Source: Elusimicrobia bacterium CG_4_9_14_3_um_filter_62_55 (lineage in GTDB: Bacteria; Elusimicrobiota; Elusimicrobia; UBA1565). Taken from it: a DNA stretch of 64,000 bases. Within the stretch, counting starts at the first letter, position 1. Each line of letters starts with the position of its first letter. The stretch lies in NCBI GenBank assembly GCA_002790095.1, contig PFUL01000189.1, positions 5,206 to 69,205 of the forward strand, given 5' to 3'. The notes under the pieces are model-generated. The model was not told the DNA's origin. It made no database searches and saw only the letters and a program-made list of their open reading frames with translations. Positions 18,349 to 27,203 of this stretch are shown here, one piece after another. Made by a program: the position numbers and the translations under genes.

Positions 18349-19683
18349 TCAGTCCCGGGATTTCGCGAGGAACATTGCAACGGAGGGGAACGGAAACATC
18401 GTTCGCCGCCGGAACTCAAGAACCTCGAATCCCGCCTCCGTGAGGCGGCGCGTCCACCCCGATACCGATGCGAATCCCGCGGGGTTGTACGGCATCCCCA
18501 GTGCAGAATCCATGTACTCGTGAATAAGTCCCGAGCGGAATCGGTCCCAGGAATTCTCGTAAACGTCTTCGATGATGCACACCCGGCCCTTGCAGATCCT
18601 TCGGAATTCCTTAAGGATCGCCATGGGATCCGGGCAATGGTGCAAAACGAAGACGGAAAGGACGAGGTCGGCGTAATCGTCGTCCAACGGAATATCAGTC
18701 GTGGAATTCGGCGTCACGCGAACACTCCCCATCGTCCATGGGGCGTAATCGAAGGCGAGAACGGAGGCCGACGACAAATTCTCCTGTACACGCTCCGCGA
18801 GCAGACCGTGTCCCGCCCCGAAATCGACGATCGTTCCGCTGCCGGGCAACCAATCCTGCAGCATCCGAAAAAATCTGCGCGCGATCCAGCGCTTTGACGG
18901 CGCAACCCAAACGCGTCCGAATCCGAGCACCCCTCTGCGGGGTGCCCACGACGACGCAAGTCGGACCGCGCCGCCCGCGGACCCGGCCGACAGGATCACC
19001 AACAGCAACGCGCGAACCGTCAGCTCATAATGGCCCGAACGCCAGCCCCAGAGCATGGCATGAGCGTGAACCGGGACGCCGCACAACACGAATAAGGCGA
19101 CGGTTTGGAGAAAAAACCCTATGAGAACAGCCAAACGGGTCGCCGGTTCAGCCAGCCGCCGGGCCGCCCCATCCGGCGCTGGAACCGGAGGGGTGCCCGA
19201 GCCGATGCACCATAAAGCGACCGCCCCGCCGCCGCCCGAAAGCCAGAGCGTGCGCAGTCCGCGCAAACCCTCGCCCACCGGACTCACTTCGCCGCAAGGC
19301 AAAGCGAGAAAGTCGGGAAGACGAGACCCCAGACGCTCCACCCAATTCTCGGGGAGTTCCGTCCCATCCGCGATCGCAAGAATATCGAAATCCGAGGGGG
19401 ACTCGAACCAATTCAGGACCCGCGCCTCGAGCCGCCCCGGATACCGTGCGGTCCGGACGGACGCCAAAAGGGCCTCAGGATTCGACGATTTCGGATTGAC
19501 CGCGACGAAAACGGAGGGGGAGCGTTCCTCTCCTACGATGACGTCGATCAGAATCATAATCCAGGGAAGAACTATCTGGAGGACGGCCGTCGCGGTACCA
19601 AACATCATGACGTGCCGGAGCGTGAAAAAAGCATTCACCTTCAAGGCGATCTCAAGAATCTGGGTACCGATCACTTCTACCAT
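18349..19683 (-). CDS. Membrane protein with C-terminal class I SAM-dependent methyltransferase domain
   Basis: SAM motif I VDFGAGHGLLA, with acidic post-I and motif II regions. About 250 aa of N-terminal hydrophobic region. Confidence 0.6.
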   Translation of the reverse strand: MVEVIGTQILEIALKVNAFFTLRHVMMFGTATAVLQIVLPWIMILIDVIVGEERSPSVFVAVNPKSSNPEALLASVRTARYPGRLEARVLNWFESPSDFDILAIADGTELPENWVERLGSRLPDFLALPCGEVSPVGEGLRGLRTLWLSGGGGAVALWCIGSGTPPVPAPDGAARRLAEPATRLAVLIGFFLQTVALFVLCGVPVHAHAMLWGWRSGHYELTVRALLLVILSAGSAGGAVRLASSWAPRRGVLGFGRVWVAPSKRWIARRFFRMLQDWLPGSGTIVDFGAGHGLLAERVQENLSSASVLAFDYAPWTMGSVRVTPNSTTDIPLDDDYADLVLSVFVLHHCPDPMAILKEFRRICKGRVCIIEDVYENSWDRFRSGLIHEYMDSALGMPYNPAGFASVSGWTRRLTEAGFEVLEFRRRTMFPFPSVAMFLAKSRD

Positions 19684-19759
19684 GGAGGGATAAGTCTCTG
19701 GAACGCTTGACCAGAGGGTAAATCAGAAGCGGGAAAAAATCAATCCAGGGAAGAACATC

Positions 19760-19788
19760 TTGACCCCGCGAACCTGAAGGGGTATACT
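19760..19788 (+). promoter_or_regulatory. Sigma-70-like promoter TTGACC-N17-TATACT upstream of the iscA pair
   Basis: Read directly: ttgacc (19760-19765), 17-nt spacer, tatact (19783-19788). GGAGAA SD at 19816-19821. Confidence 0.45.
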
Positions 19789-19824
19789 ATAGCTGACTAA
19801 ATTACTCACCATTTGGAGAATCCC

Positions 19825-20148
19825 ATGGTCACGCTCACCGAAAACGCGGTTAAAAAAGTCGAAGAATTTTTCGAAGCCGAGGAAGAGGCGAAGGGAAAGT
19901 CCCTGCGCGTCGGCGTCACGCCCGGCGGCTGCTCCGGCTACGAGTACGCCTTCACGTTCGACGAGAAGAAGGACGGCGATACCGCCATCGATATGCCGAA
20001 GTTCACCGTCCTCATCGACCCCCAGAGCGCGCCGTTTCTCAAGGGCTCCGAGATCGACTACGACGAGTCCCCGACCAGCGCCGGCTTCAAGATCAAGAAT
20101 CCGAACGTGAAAGGTTCCTGCGGCTGTGGCCAGTCAAACCAATTCTAA
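19825..20148 (+). CDS. Iron-sulfur cluster insertion protein (HesB/IscA/ErpA family)
   Basis: Conserved Cys (GGCSGYEY) and C-terminal CGCGQSF-type motif. ATG at 19825 follows a GGAGA SD; the six-frame TTG at 19813 is possible. Confidence 0.8.
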   Translation: MVTLTENAVKKVEEFFEAEEEAKGKSLRVGVTPGGCSGYEYAFTFDEKKDGDTAIDMPKFTVLIDPQSAPFLKGSEIDYDESPTSAGFKIKNPNVKGSCGCGQSNQF

Positions 20149-20482
20149 AACGGAAGTCATTTCTCTGACCGAGAAAGCGGCCAAGAAAATCCGCGCTCAG
20201 TTGGAGAGAGACGGCATTCCGGACGGCTGCCTGCGGATCAAGGTGTCCGCGGGCGGCTGCTCCGGGATGAACTATGAATTCGAATTCGCGAAGTCGCCTC
20301 AACTCACCGATCAAATCGTCGAGAGCGGAGGAGTGAAGGCGGCCGTCGACGCGAAAGCCGCGTTCTTCATCAAGGGCTCGACCGTCGATTGGCATCAGAC
20401 CTTGATGGAGGCGGGATTCCGCGTCAAGAACCCCAACGCGACCGCTTCCTGCAACTGCGGCACTTCGTTCTCGACATTCTGA
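20126..20482 (+). CDS. Second HesB/IscA-family protein, overlapping the first by 23 nt
   Basis: GGCSGMNYEF and C-terminal SCNCGTSF motifs. GTG start inside the C-terminus of the preceding gene, in another frame. Confidence 0.7.
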   Translation: MASQTNSKTEVISLTEKAAKKIRAQLERDGIPDGCLRIKVSAGGCSGMNYEFEFAKSPQLTDQIVESGGVKAAVDAKAAFFIKGSTVDWHQTLMEAGFRVKNPNATASCNCGTSFSTF

Positions 20483-20505
20483 CTCCCGCACCCTATACTG
20501 GAAGC

Positions 20506-22320
20506 GTGAACCCCGTTCGCGCCGTCAAGGAGTTCCTCGTCGCGCCGCCGCCGGACGCGCTGTGGCCGGTGTTTTCCGACACCGACAGAATGAACCGCGC
20601 GATCAACTTCGATCCCGTCGTGTACGACGATCCGCCGGAAGGCGCGGTGACGCGCGTCGCGCACTCCAAGATGCTCGGTTTTCTCCCGTCCTCCTGGAAT
20701 GAGCCCCCGTACGAATTCGTCGCCGGGCGCTATTACAGGATCCGCCGCGCGATGCACGGGGGACCGTTCCTGCGGTATTCGTTCGGCGTCGATCTGTCTC
20801 CCGAAGCGGGGGGGACGCGCGTCGCGCTCGCGCTCGAGATCGAACCCCGGAACGCGTTCTTCGGCTGGCTCGCGGGCAAAGCGGCTCCGGCGCAGCTCGA
20901 GAAAATCGCCGTCGGCCTCGGGGGCTTCGCCGACTCCGTCGCGGCCGGGAGCCGCGCCGTGTTCCCGTCCGCGCGCAAAGCCCCTCGCGTGAACCGCACG
21001 CATCTCTCGAAAGTCCTCGCCAGAATGGCGGAACGCACGGAACCCGCCGTGCTCGAAAGCATCCGATCCTTTCTCGTTTCGGCGGCAGACCCGGACGTCC
21101 TGGGGATGCGCCCTTTCGCGCTGGCCGACGCATGGAAACTCGACCGCGTCGCCGTGCTTCGCGCGTTCCTGCATGGAAGCCGCGAAGGCCTCTTCGATCT
21201 GCGCTGGGAGATTCTCTGCCCGAACTGCCGGGTCCCCAAAGCCGGCTTCTCCGCCCTCGCGGATCTCGACGCGAAGGCCCATTGCGGAACCTGTGAGATC
21301 ACCTTCGACGGGGAATTCGACCGCAACGTCGAGGTCCGCTTCTCGGTGCACCCGTCCGTGCGCAAGGCCGTTCACGCGGATTTCTGCATCGGAAGTCCCG
21401 CGAAGGCCTCGCACCGGGCGCTGCAAATCCCGCTCGGACCCCGGGAAACCCGGACCGTCGAAGCGACGCTTGAAAACCGTCGATACTACTTCCGGACGCT
21501 GAAGGGCTCGAGCCGACGCGCGCTGCTGCCGCATCCGGACGCCTCCGCCTCTTTCGAGCTTCGCGCGGAACCCCTCGATTTTGAATTTCGCTTCAAGCCC
21601 GGCCCGGTTTCGCTAACGCTCGTAAACCCGTCCGAGGAGCCCGTCTGGGCCGTCGTCGACCGTGAACACTGGTCGGATCTCGGCGCGACCGCGGCGTTCG
21701 TCACGACGCAGCAGGATTTCAGGGATCTGTTTTCTTCCGAGGTCCTCGCCCCGGGTCAAAGCGTCGCGATCCAAAACATGGCGATTCTCTTCACCGACCT
21801 CAAAGATTCCACCGCGACCTACACCCGCATCGGCGACGCCAAAGCCTACTCGCTGGTGCGGCGGCATTTTGAGATTCTCATCGGAGCGCTGCGGGCCCAC
21901 AACGGAGGCGTCGTCAAGACGATCGGGGACGCGGTGATGGCGGCGTTTAGCGTTGCGGACGACGCGGCCTCGGCGGCGGTGGCCATCCAGGCAGCGATCG
22001 CCGCCCACAACGCCGAACGCCCCCCCGGGGAACCCGAGATCGTCGTCAAACTCGGCCTGCACGCGGGACCGGCGATCGCGGTCACGATGAACGATCTACT
22101 CGACTACTTCGGAACCACCGTCAATACCGCGGCCCGGGTGCAAAGCACCAGCGAGGGCGGAGACATCGTCTTGACCGGGACGGTCCTCGAAAGTCCGGGG
22201 GTCCGCGAACTTCTGGAACGGGACGGGGGAACTTTGGCGCGGTTTCGGGCCGGCCTCAAAGGGCTCGCCGACGACTATCCGCTGTGGCGATTTACGCCTA
22301 AATCAGCCACAATAGTCTAA
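20506..22320 (+). CDS. Class III adenylate/guanylate cyclase with N-terminal SRPBCC-like and Cys4 regions
   Basis: C-terminal cyclase catalytic motifs FTDLKDSTA...TIGDAVMAAF...GTTVNTAARV. Mid-region CPNCRVPK...HCGTCE. Start GTG 20506 is assumed. Confidence 0.75.
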   Translation: MNPVRAVKEFLVAPPPDALWPVFSDTDRMNRAINFDPVVYDDPPEGAVTRVAHSKMLGFLPSSWNEPPYEFVAGRYYRIRRAMHGGPFLRYSFGVDLSPEAGGTRVALALEIEPRNAFFGWLAGKAAPAQLEKIAVGLGGFADSVAAGSRAVFPSARKAPRVNRTHLSKVLARMAERTEPAVLESIRSFLVSAADPDVLGMRPFALADAWKLDRVAVLRAFLHGSREGLFDLRWEILCPNCRVPKAGFSALADLDAKAHCGTCEITFDGEFDRNVEVRFSVHPSVRKAVHADFCIGSPAKASHRALQIPLGPRETRTVEATLENRRYYFRTLKGSSRRALLPHPDASASFELRAEPLDFEFRFKPGPVSLTLVNPSEEPVWAVVDREHWSDLGATAAFVTTQQDFRDLFSSEVLAPGQSVAIQNMAILFTDLKDSTATYTRIGDAKAYSLVRRHFEILIGALRAHNGGVVKTIGDAVMAAFSVADDAASAAVAIQAAIAAHNAERPPGEPEIVVKLGLHAGPAIAVTMNDLLDYFGTTVNTAARVQSTSEGGDIVLTGTVLESPGVRELLERDGGTLARFRAGLKGLADDYPLWRFTPKSATIV

Positions 22321-22350
22321 CGCCGCACGCTATTCAAGGAGAATCCGCCG

Positions 22351-22899
22351 ATGGCCCTTGTCGAATCCGTTTCGATTCCGCTCGGAACCCCGATGCCCCC
22401 ATTCTCGCTTTCCGACCCTTCCGGGAAGCGCTTCGATTCCACGCGCCTTTCAGGACAGAAAGGCCTGCTCGTCGCTTTCACCTGCAATCATTGTCCTTAC
22501 GCGATCGCCGTTTGGCCCCGCTTGATCGCCCACGCCCGCGACTTCAAGACGCTCGGCGTCGAAACCGTCGCGATCAACCCGAACATTCATCCCGGATATC
22601 CCGAGGACGCCCCGGCGGCGATGATCGGGAAAATCTCCGAGTGGGGAATTCCCTTCCCCTACTTGGTGGATGAAACGCAGGAAACCGCGAAGGCGTTCAA
22701 AGCGCAGTGCACGCCGGACCTGTACCTCTTCGACGCGCAGGGGACCCTCGCGTACCATGGCCGCATCGACGACGATTGGCAGGACGAAAAAAAGGTCTCC
22801 CGCCGGGAACTCGCGGAAGCCGTCGAGGCCCTCGTGTCGGGAGAGAAAATCACCGCGGACCAAAAACCTTCGATGGGCTGCTCCATCAAATGGAAGTGA
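22351..22899 (+). CDS. Thioredoxin-fold redoxin (AhpC/TSA-like thiol-disulfide oxidoreductase)
   Basis: CxxC-type active site FTCNHCPYA and redoxin-fold spacing. 182 aa. Confidence 0.7.
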   Translation: MALVESVSIPLGTPMPPFSLSDPSGKRFDSTRLSGQKGLLVAFTCNHCPYAIAVWPRLIAHARDFKTLGVETVAINPNIHPGYPEDAPAAMIGKISEWGIPFPYLVDETQETAKAFKAQCTPDLYLFDAQGTLAYHGRIDDDWQDEKKVSRRELAEAVEALVSGEKITADQKPSMGCSIKWK

Positions 22900-22909
22900 G
22901 GACCTTCCC

Positions 22910-23557
22910 ATGAAAAAGAATTTCGTCGCGATTCTCGCGGTGCTCGTCGTGGTCGACCTCGCCGCGATGGGACTCTGGTGGCGCCACAAGCAAAAAAAGG
23001 AGCCGGCCCCGACGCCCGTCGAGATGACTCCGGCCGCGCCTCCGGAAACCCGGCCGGCGCCCGAACCCGTTTCGGCGGGGTTCCGATCCGAATCGGCGCC
23101 GAGCCGTATGAACTCGGGATACGGGATGAGCCTTTTCGGCCCCGGGATCTCGCCCGGCGGCTGCGAAACGATGGAGGACTGCGAAACCTACTGCCTGAAG
23201 CCCGAAAACGAGAAGGAGTGTCTCGCGTGGACGCAAGGAGACGCGGAAAAGAAACGCAAGAAGCAGGAATCCGTCGATGCGGCGGCGATGCCGATGCCCG
23301 CCCCGCCTCGGATCGCCGAAGCCGACTTCAACACCCCCGGGAACTGCCAGGGGAAAGCCTGCGCGGCCTACTGCCGCAGCCACGAAAATCTCGATGAGTG
23401 CCTCGACTACTGCACGGATCCGCGCTACAAGAAGAAGTGCCTGCAGTGGGGCGTAGGCGGAGCGCTGCGCGAGGCGATGTCGGGGGCGCTCGTCGGAACC
23501 GCGGAAGTGATCGACTCCGAGGCCTTCGAAATCCTGCAAAAAGCCGAACGCCGGTAG
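22910..23557 (+). CDS. Membrane-anchored Cys-rich repeat protein (novel C-x8-C-L-x-W/Y repeat)
   Basis: Start ATG 22910 (MKKNFVAILAVLVVVDLAAM; the six-frame ORF from 22670 is rejected). Three copies of C-x8-C-L-x-(W/Y): CLKPENEKECLAW, CRSHENLDECLDY, CTDPRYKKKCLQW, plus extra CxxxxC pairs. Confidence 0.55.
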   Translation: MKKNFVAILAVLVVVDLAAMGLWWRHKQKKEPAPTPVEMTPAAPPETRPAPEPVSAGFRSESAPSRMNSGYGMSLFGPGISPGGCETMEDCETYCLKPENEKECLAWTQGDAEKKRKKQESVDAAAMPMPAPPRIAEADFNTPGNCQGKACAAYCRSHENLDECLDYCTDPRYKKKCLQWGVGGALREAMSGALVGTAEVIDSEAFEILQKAERR

Positions 23558-23564
23558 CGGCCGC

Positions 23565-24707
23565 TCAGTCTTTGAGCAAAGCGCGGGCGATGACGAGGCG
23601 CTGAACCTCGCTCGTTCCCTCGTAAATTTCCGTCACCCGCGCGTCCCGGAAATACCGTTCGACGGGGAATTCCCGGACATACCCGTTGCCGCCGTGAATC
23701 TGAACGGCGTCAAAAACGACTTTATTCGCCGTCGTGGAAGCGAAGAGCTTCGCGCGCGAGGCCTCGAGCGTCGCCCGGCCGTCGGCCGTCATCTTCGCCG
23801 CGGCGCGCCGGGTCAGCAACCGCGCGGCCTCGATGGCCGTCGACATGTCGGCGAGTTTGAACTGCGTGGCCTGGAATTCCGAGAGCGCCTTGCCGAACTG
23901 CCGGCGCTCCTTCGCGTACGCGAGGGCCTCGTCGAACGCTCCCTGGGCGATGCCGACCGACTGGGCGGCGATCCCGATGCGCCCGCTGTCGAGCGCGCCG
24001 AGCGCGACCTTAAACCCCATATTCTCCGCTCCGATCAGGTTTTCAGCCGGGACGCGGCAGCCGCGAAAAATCAATTCACAGGTTTCCGAACCCCGGACGC
24101 CCATCTTCTTTTCCTTCTTTCCGACCTCGAAACCGGGGGTACCCTTCTCGACGATCAGGCAGGAAATTCCATGGCTCTTCTTCTCCCGGTCGGTGGACAC
24201 GTAAACGGTGAAGACCTGGGCGATATTGGCCGAAGAAACCCAGGCCTTCGTGCCGTTGAGCACGAAGAAATCGCCGTCGCGCTTGGCCTCGCAAACGAGA
24301 CTTCCCGCGTCCGTGCCCGATCCCTGCTCGGAGAGACTGTAGGCGCCGATCCATTCGCCGGAGGCGAGTTTGGGAAGATACTTCTTCTTCTGAGCGTCGG
24401 TGCCGTTCTTGAGCAGAGCGCCGCAAACCAGCGAGTTGTGAACCGTAAGACAGATTTGAAACGCCGCGCAGGTCCGGGCGATCTCTTCCATCACGCAGAC
24501 ATACCCGACCTGGTCGAGCGCGAGCCCCCCGAATTCCTCGGGGACCATCAGCCCGAAGAGCCCCAACTCCCCGGCCTCCCGGTAGAATTCCATCGGGATC
24601 GTCTCTTCCTCGTCGAAGCGCTCCGCGGCGGGCTTCAGCCGCTTTTGAGCGAACTCACGCGCGGTTTCCATGGCCATCTGCTGATCTTCGGTGAGCGAGA
24701 AATCCAT
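23565..24707 (-). CDS. Acyl-CoA dehydrogenase (butyryl-CoA dehydrogenase-like)
   Basis: Full-length ACAD signature across all three domains (GSGTDAG..., QIHGGNGY..., catalytic E near C-terminus YEGTSE). Confidence 0.85.
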   Translation of the reverse strand: MDFSLTEDQQMAMETAREFAQKRLKPAAERFDEEETIPMEFYREAGELGLFGLMVPEEFGGLALDQVGYVCVMEEIARTCAAFQICLTVHNSLVCGALLKNGTDAQKKKYLPKLASGEWIGAYSLSEQGSGTDAGSLVCEAKRDGDFFVLNGTKAWVSSANIAQVFTVYVSTDREKKSHGISCLIVEKGTPGFEVGKKEKKMGVRGSETCELIFRGCRVPAENLIGAENMGFKVALGALDSGRIGIAAQSVGIAQGAFDEALAYAKERRQFGKALSEFQATQFKLADMSTAIEAARLLTRRAAAKMTADGRATLEASRAKLFASTTANKVVFDAVQIHGGNGYVREFPVERYFRDARVTEIYEGTSEVQRLVIARALLKD

Positions 24708-24711
24708 AAGC

Positions 24712-25572
24712 CTATTTGTCCTTCCAATCGTAGAAACCGCGCCCGGCCTTGCGGCCGAGACGGCCCGCTTCGACCATCTTGCGAAGCAGAGGGCAGGGGC
24801 GGTATTTCGGATCGCCCAGCCCGTCGTGGAGTACCTCCAGAATGTACAGGCAGGTATCGAGGCCGATAAAGTCCGCGAGCGTCAGCGGACCCATCGGATG
24901 ATTCATCCCGAGCTTCATGACGGTGTCGATGTCTTCCTTTTTCGCGACGCCTTCCATGAGCGCGAAGCAGGCCTCGTTGATCATCGGCATCAGGATGCGG
25001 TTGGAGATAAAGCCGGGAAAATCCTCGGAGCAGGCGGGCGTCTTGCCCAAAGCGCCCGTCAGCGCATGAATCGCGCCGTAGGTTTCGTCGGAGGTATCGA
25101 CGCCGCGAATGATCTCCACGAGCTTCATCACCGGAACCGGGTTCATGAAATGCATCCCGATGACCTTGGCGGGGCGTCCGGTCGCCGAGGCGATTTTCGT
25201 GATCGGAAGAGACGAGGTGTTCGACGCGAGAATCGCGGCCGGAGAACAGACTCGATCGGCCGTCTGGAAGATCTTCGTCTTCAACTCCAGAATCTCGGGA
25301 ACCGCCTCGATGACGAGATCGGCGTGCCTCGCCGCGGTCTCGAGATCGGGCTCCGTTCTCAGTCGGGCGAGGGTCGCGGCTTTATTCGCCTCGCTCAAGG
25401 CTCCCTTCTGTACCTGGCGGTCCAGATTCTTGCCGATCGTAGCGACCGCAAGCGCCAGGCGCCCCGCGTCGACGTCGACGAGCGTCGCCTCGAAGCCGGC
25501 CTGAGCGAAGACATGGGCGATGCCGTTTCCCATTTGACCACCGCCCACCACGGTTACGTTCTTGATATCCAT
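24712..25572 (-). CDS. hbd: 3-hydroxybutyryl-CoA dehydrogenase
   Basis: NAD-binding VTVVGGGQMGNGIA and a 3HCDH C-terminal domain. The real start is ATG 25572 (MDIKNV); the six-frame ORF to 25752 is over-extended. Confidence 0.85.
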   Translation of the reverse strand: MDIKNVTVVGGGQMGNGIAHVFAQAGFEATLVDVDAGRLALAVATIGKNLDRQVQKGALSEANKAATLARLRTEPDLETAARHADLVIEAVPEILELKTKIFQTADRVCSPAAILASNTSSLPITKIASATGRPAKVIGMHFMNPVPVMKLVEIIRGVDTSDETYGAIHALTGALGKTPACSEDFPGFISNRILMPMINEACFALMEGVAKKEDIDTVMKLGMNHPMGPLTLADFIGLDTCLYILEVLHDGLGDPKYRPCPLLRKMVEAGRLGRKAGRGFYDWKDK

Positions 25573-25598
25573 AGGGGCGTATTCTAACATACCCCCGC

Positions 25599-27107
25599 GT
25601 GCACACCTCCAACGAACGCCTTTCCTGGATCGCGCCGACGGCGGTCTTCCTTTATTTTTTGGCACTTTTCGCGTTCGTCCATACCCGTCCCGGAGGACAA
25701 GTAGAACGCGACGGATACTTCCACGCACGCGCATCGCAAACCTTGCTCTCACGGGGTCTCTCCCGCAAATTCCCGTGGACTCAGGCGAGCGTGTGGAAAG
25801 ACTCCTTCCACGATAAGGAGTTTCTCTATCATGTCTGGCTCGCCCCGTTCTCGCGGGGGGACGCCCCGATTCGAGGGGCCGCCGCCGCGAGCGGCGTGCT
25901 CGCCGCCGCGGTGTTTGCGGCCTTTTTCATTTTCTTAAGAGCCAACCGCGTGCCGTGGCCGCTGTTGGGCACCGCTTTGCTCGCATCCATCGGCGGTCCG
26001 TTCCTATTAAGACTTTCGTTTGTGCGGGCGCACGTGCTCGCGGTGCTTCTGTTCGTCGTCGCCCTGCACTATCTCGTCCGAAGACGGAAACGAGAACTGG
26101 CCGTCGTCGGCTTCGCGCTCGCCTGGTCCTATTCCTTTCCGCTCGTCCTGCCGGCGTTCGCGGGACTCTATTGCCTTGGACGCTTTTTGACGGGCAAAGA
26201 CGCCGAGTGGGGCCTTGCCGCAGCGGCGCTCGTCGGAGTCCTGCTCGGCCTGGCGATCCATCCGTACACGCCGCTCACGCTCGGAACGCTCTGGACGCAT
26301 CTCCAGATTCTTTGGATCGCGATCGGCCAAAGAAGCATGGCCGCCGTCGAGGTGGCTCGCGAATTCGCCCCGTACGGAACCCGGGACTTTATTCTCGCCT
26401 ATCCCGGCTTGCTGCTGGCGGGCGCCGGACTCTGCGCCGGAGGGTGGCTTTCGGCGAAAAGGGCCTCCGCCGAAACCCTCGGACTGATCATCGCCGCGGC
26501 CGCGAGCTGTGTGCTGACGCTCGCGTTCTCCCGGGCGATCGAGTACGCCGCGCCCCTGACCGCCGCCGCCGCGCTATTCGCCGCCCGCGACGCGCTCGAC
26601 GAGGAGACCGTCTCGCGCATGCTGGCTTGGTTCAAGAAGGAAAATCGTTGGCCCGGGTTCGTGAAGCCCGGACTCTTCCTTATCCTTTTCGGCCTCCACG
26701 TCCACAGTCTCGCCTATGTCGTGGAAATGTCGGAGGGGAACGATCCTCCCCGATTCGCCGGAGCCGCGAAATGGATGGCCGACAATTTGGAAGAGGGGGA
26801 GACCGTCGCGAATTTATGGTGGGACGATTTCCCCGAGCTCTACTACAGCGCTCCGCGACAGACCTTTTTGGTCGGACTCGATCCGACCTTCATGCTCCGC
26901 TGGGATAAGGAAAAGGCGCTGAAGCTGGAATTGATGCGAACCGGACGCGCGCCCTTGGATCCCGACTGGATCGCCGAAACCTTCGGGGCGCGCGTTTTGG
27001 CTTTGCGCGCGCCGAGCGCGCGCTTCTATCCGCAGCTGCAGCCGTCGGGCTGGCAGCCGGTTTACCTCGACCGCTACGCCGCCGTTTACGCGCTGAAGGG
27101 TCCGTAA
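25599..27107 (+). CDS. Polytopic membrane protein, possibly a GT-C fold glycosyltransferase
   Basis: Ten or more hydrophobic segments with a C-terminal soluble region. No confident family assignment. Confidence 0.45.
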   Translation: MHTSNERLSWIAPTAVFLYFLALFAFVHTRPGGQVERDGYFHARASQTLLSRGLSRKFPWTQASVWKDSFHDKEFLYHVWLAPFSRGDAPIRGAAAASGVLAAAVFAAFFIFLRANRVPWPLLGTALLASIGGPFLLRLSFVRAHVLAVLLFVVALHYLVRRRKRELAVVGFALAWSYSFPLVLPAFAGLYCLGRFLTGKDAEWGLAAAALVGVLLGLAIHPYTPLTLGTLWTHLQILWIAIGQRSMAAVEVAREFAPYGTRDFILAYPGLLLAGAGLCAGGWLSAKRASAETLGLIIAAAASCVLTLAFSRAIEYAAPLTAAAALFAARDALDEETVSRMLAWFKKENRWPGFVKPGLFLILFGLHVHSLAYVVEMSEGNDPPRFAGAAKWMADNLEEGETVANLWWDDFPELYYSAPRQTFLVGLDPTFMLRWDKEKALKLELMRTGRAPLDPDWIAETFGARVLALRAPSARFYPQLQPSGWQPVYLDRYAAVYALKGP

Positions 27108-27114
27108 TGCGAAA

Positions 27115-27146
27115 ATGGGTGTCAGGGCGTCACTTTGTCACTTTTG
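27115..27146. repeat. REP-like 32-mer, copy A (ATGGGTGTCAGGGCGTCACTTTGTCACTTTTG)
   Basis: Exact reverse complement of 32533-32564. Contains three GTCAC-like repeats. Confidence 0.9.
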
Positions 27147-27174
27147 GGAAGTTCAGTTGATAGGCGCTGGATTT

Positions 27175-27203
27175 GAAAAGTGACAAAGTGCCGGCCTGAC
27201 GCC
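27175..27203. repeat. Diverged REP-like copy B, inverted relative to copy A (hairpin-like pair with a 28-nt spacer)
   Basis: gaaaagtgacaaagtgccggcctgacgcc versus copy C caaaagtgacaaagtgacgccctgacacc. Confidence 0.7.

Noticed and set aside
20395-21534. 379-aa ORF antisense to the adenylate cyclase gene; similar long antisense ORFs at 48030..49823 (-), 14497..15807 (+), 1376..1990 (+) and 10459..11715 (-)
   Set aside because: Arg/Pro/Gly-rich translations are typical of the reverse frames of high-GC coding DNA. Each lies wholly inside a better-supported gene with recognisable motifs on the other strand.
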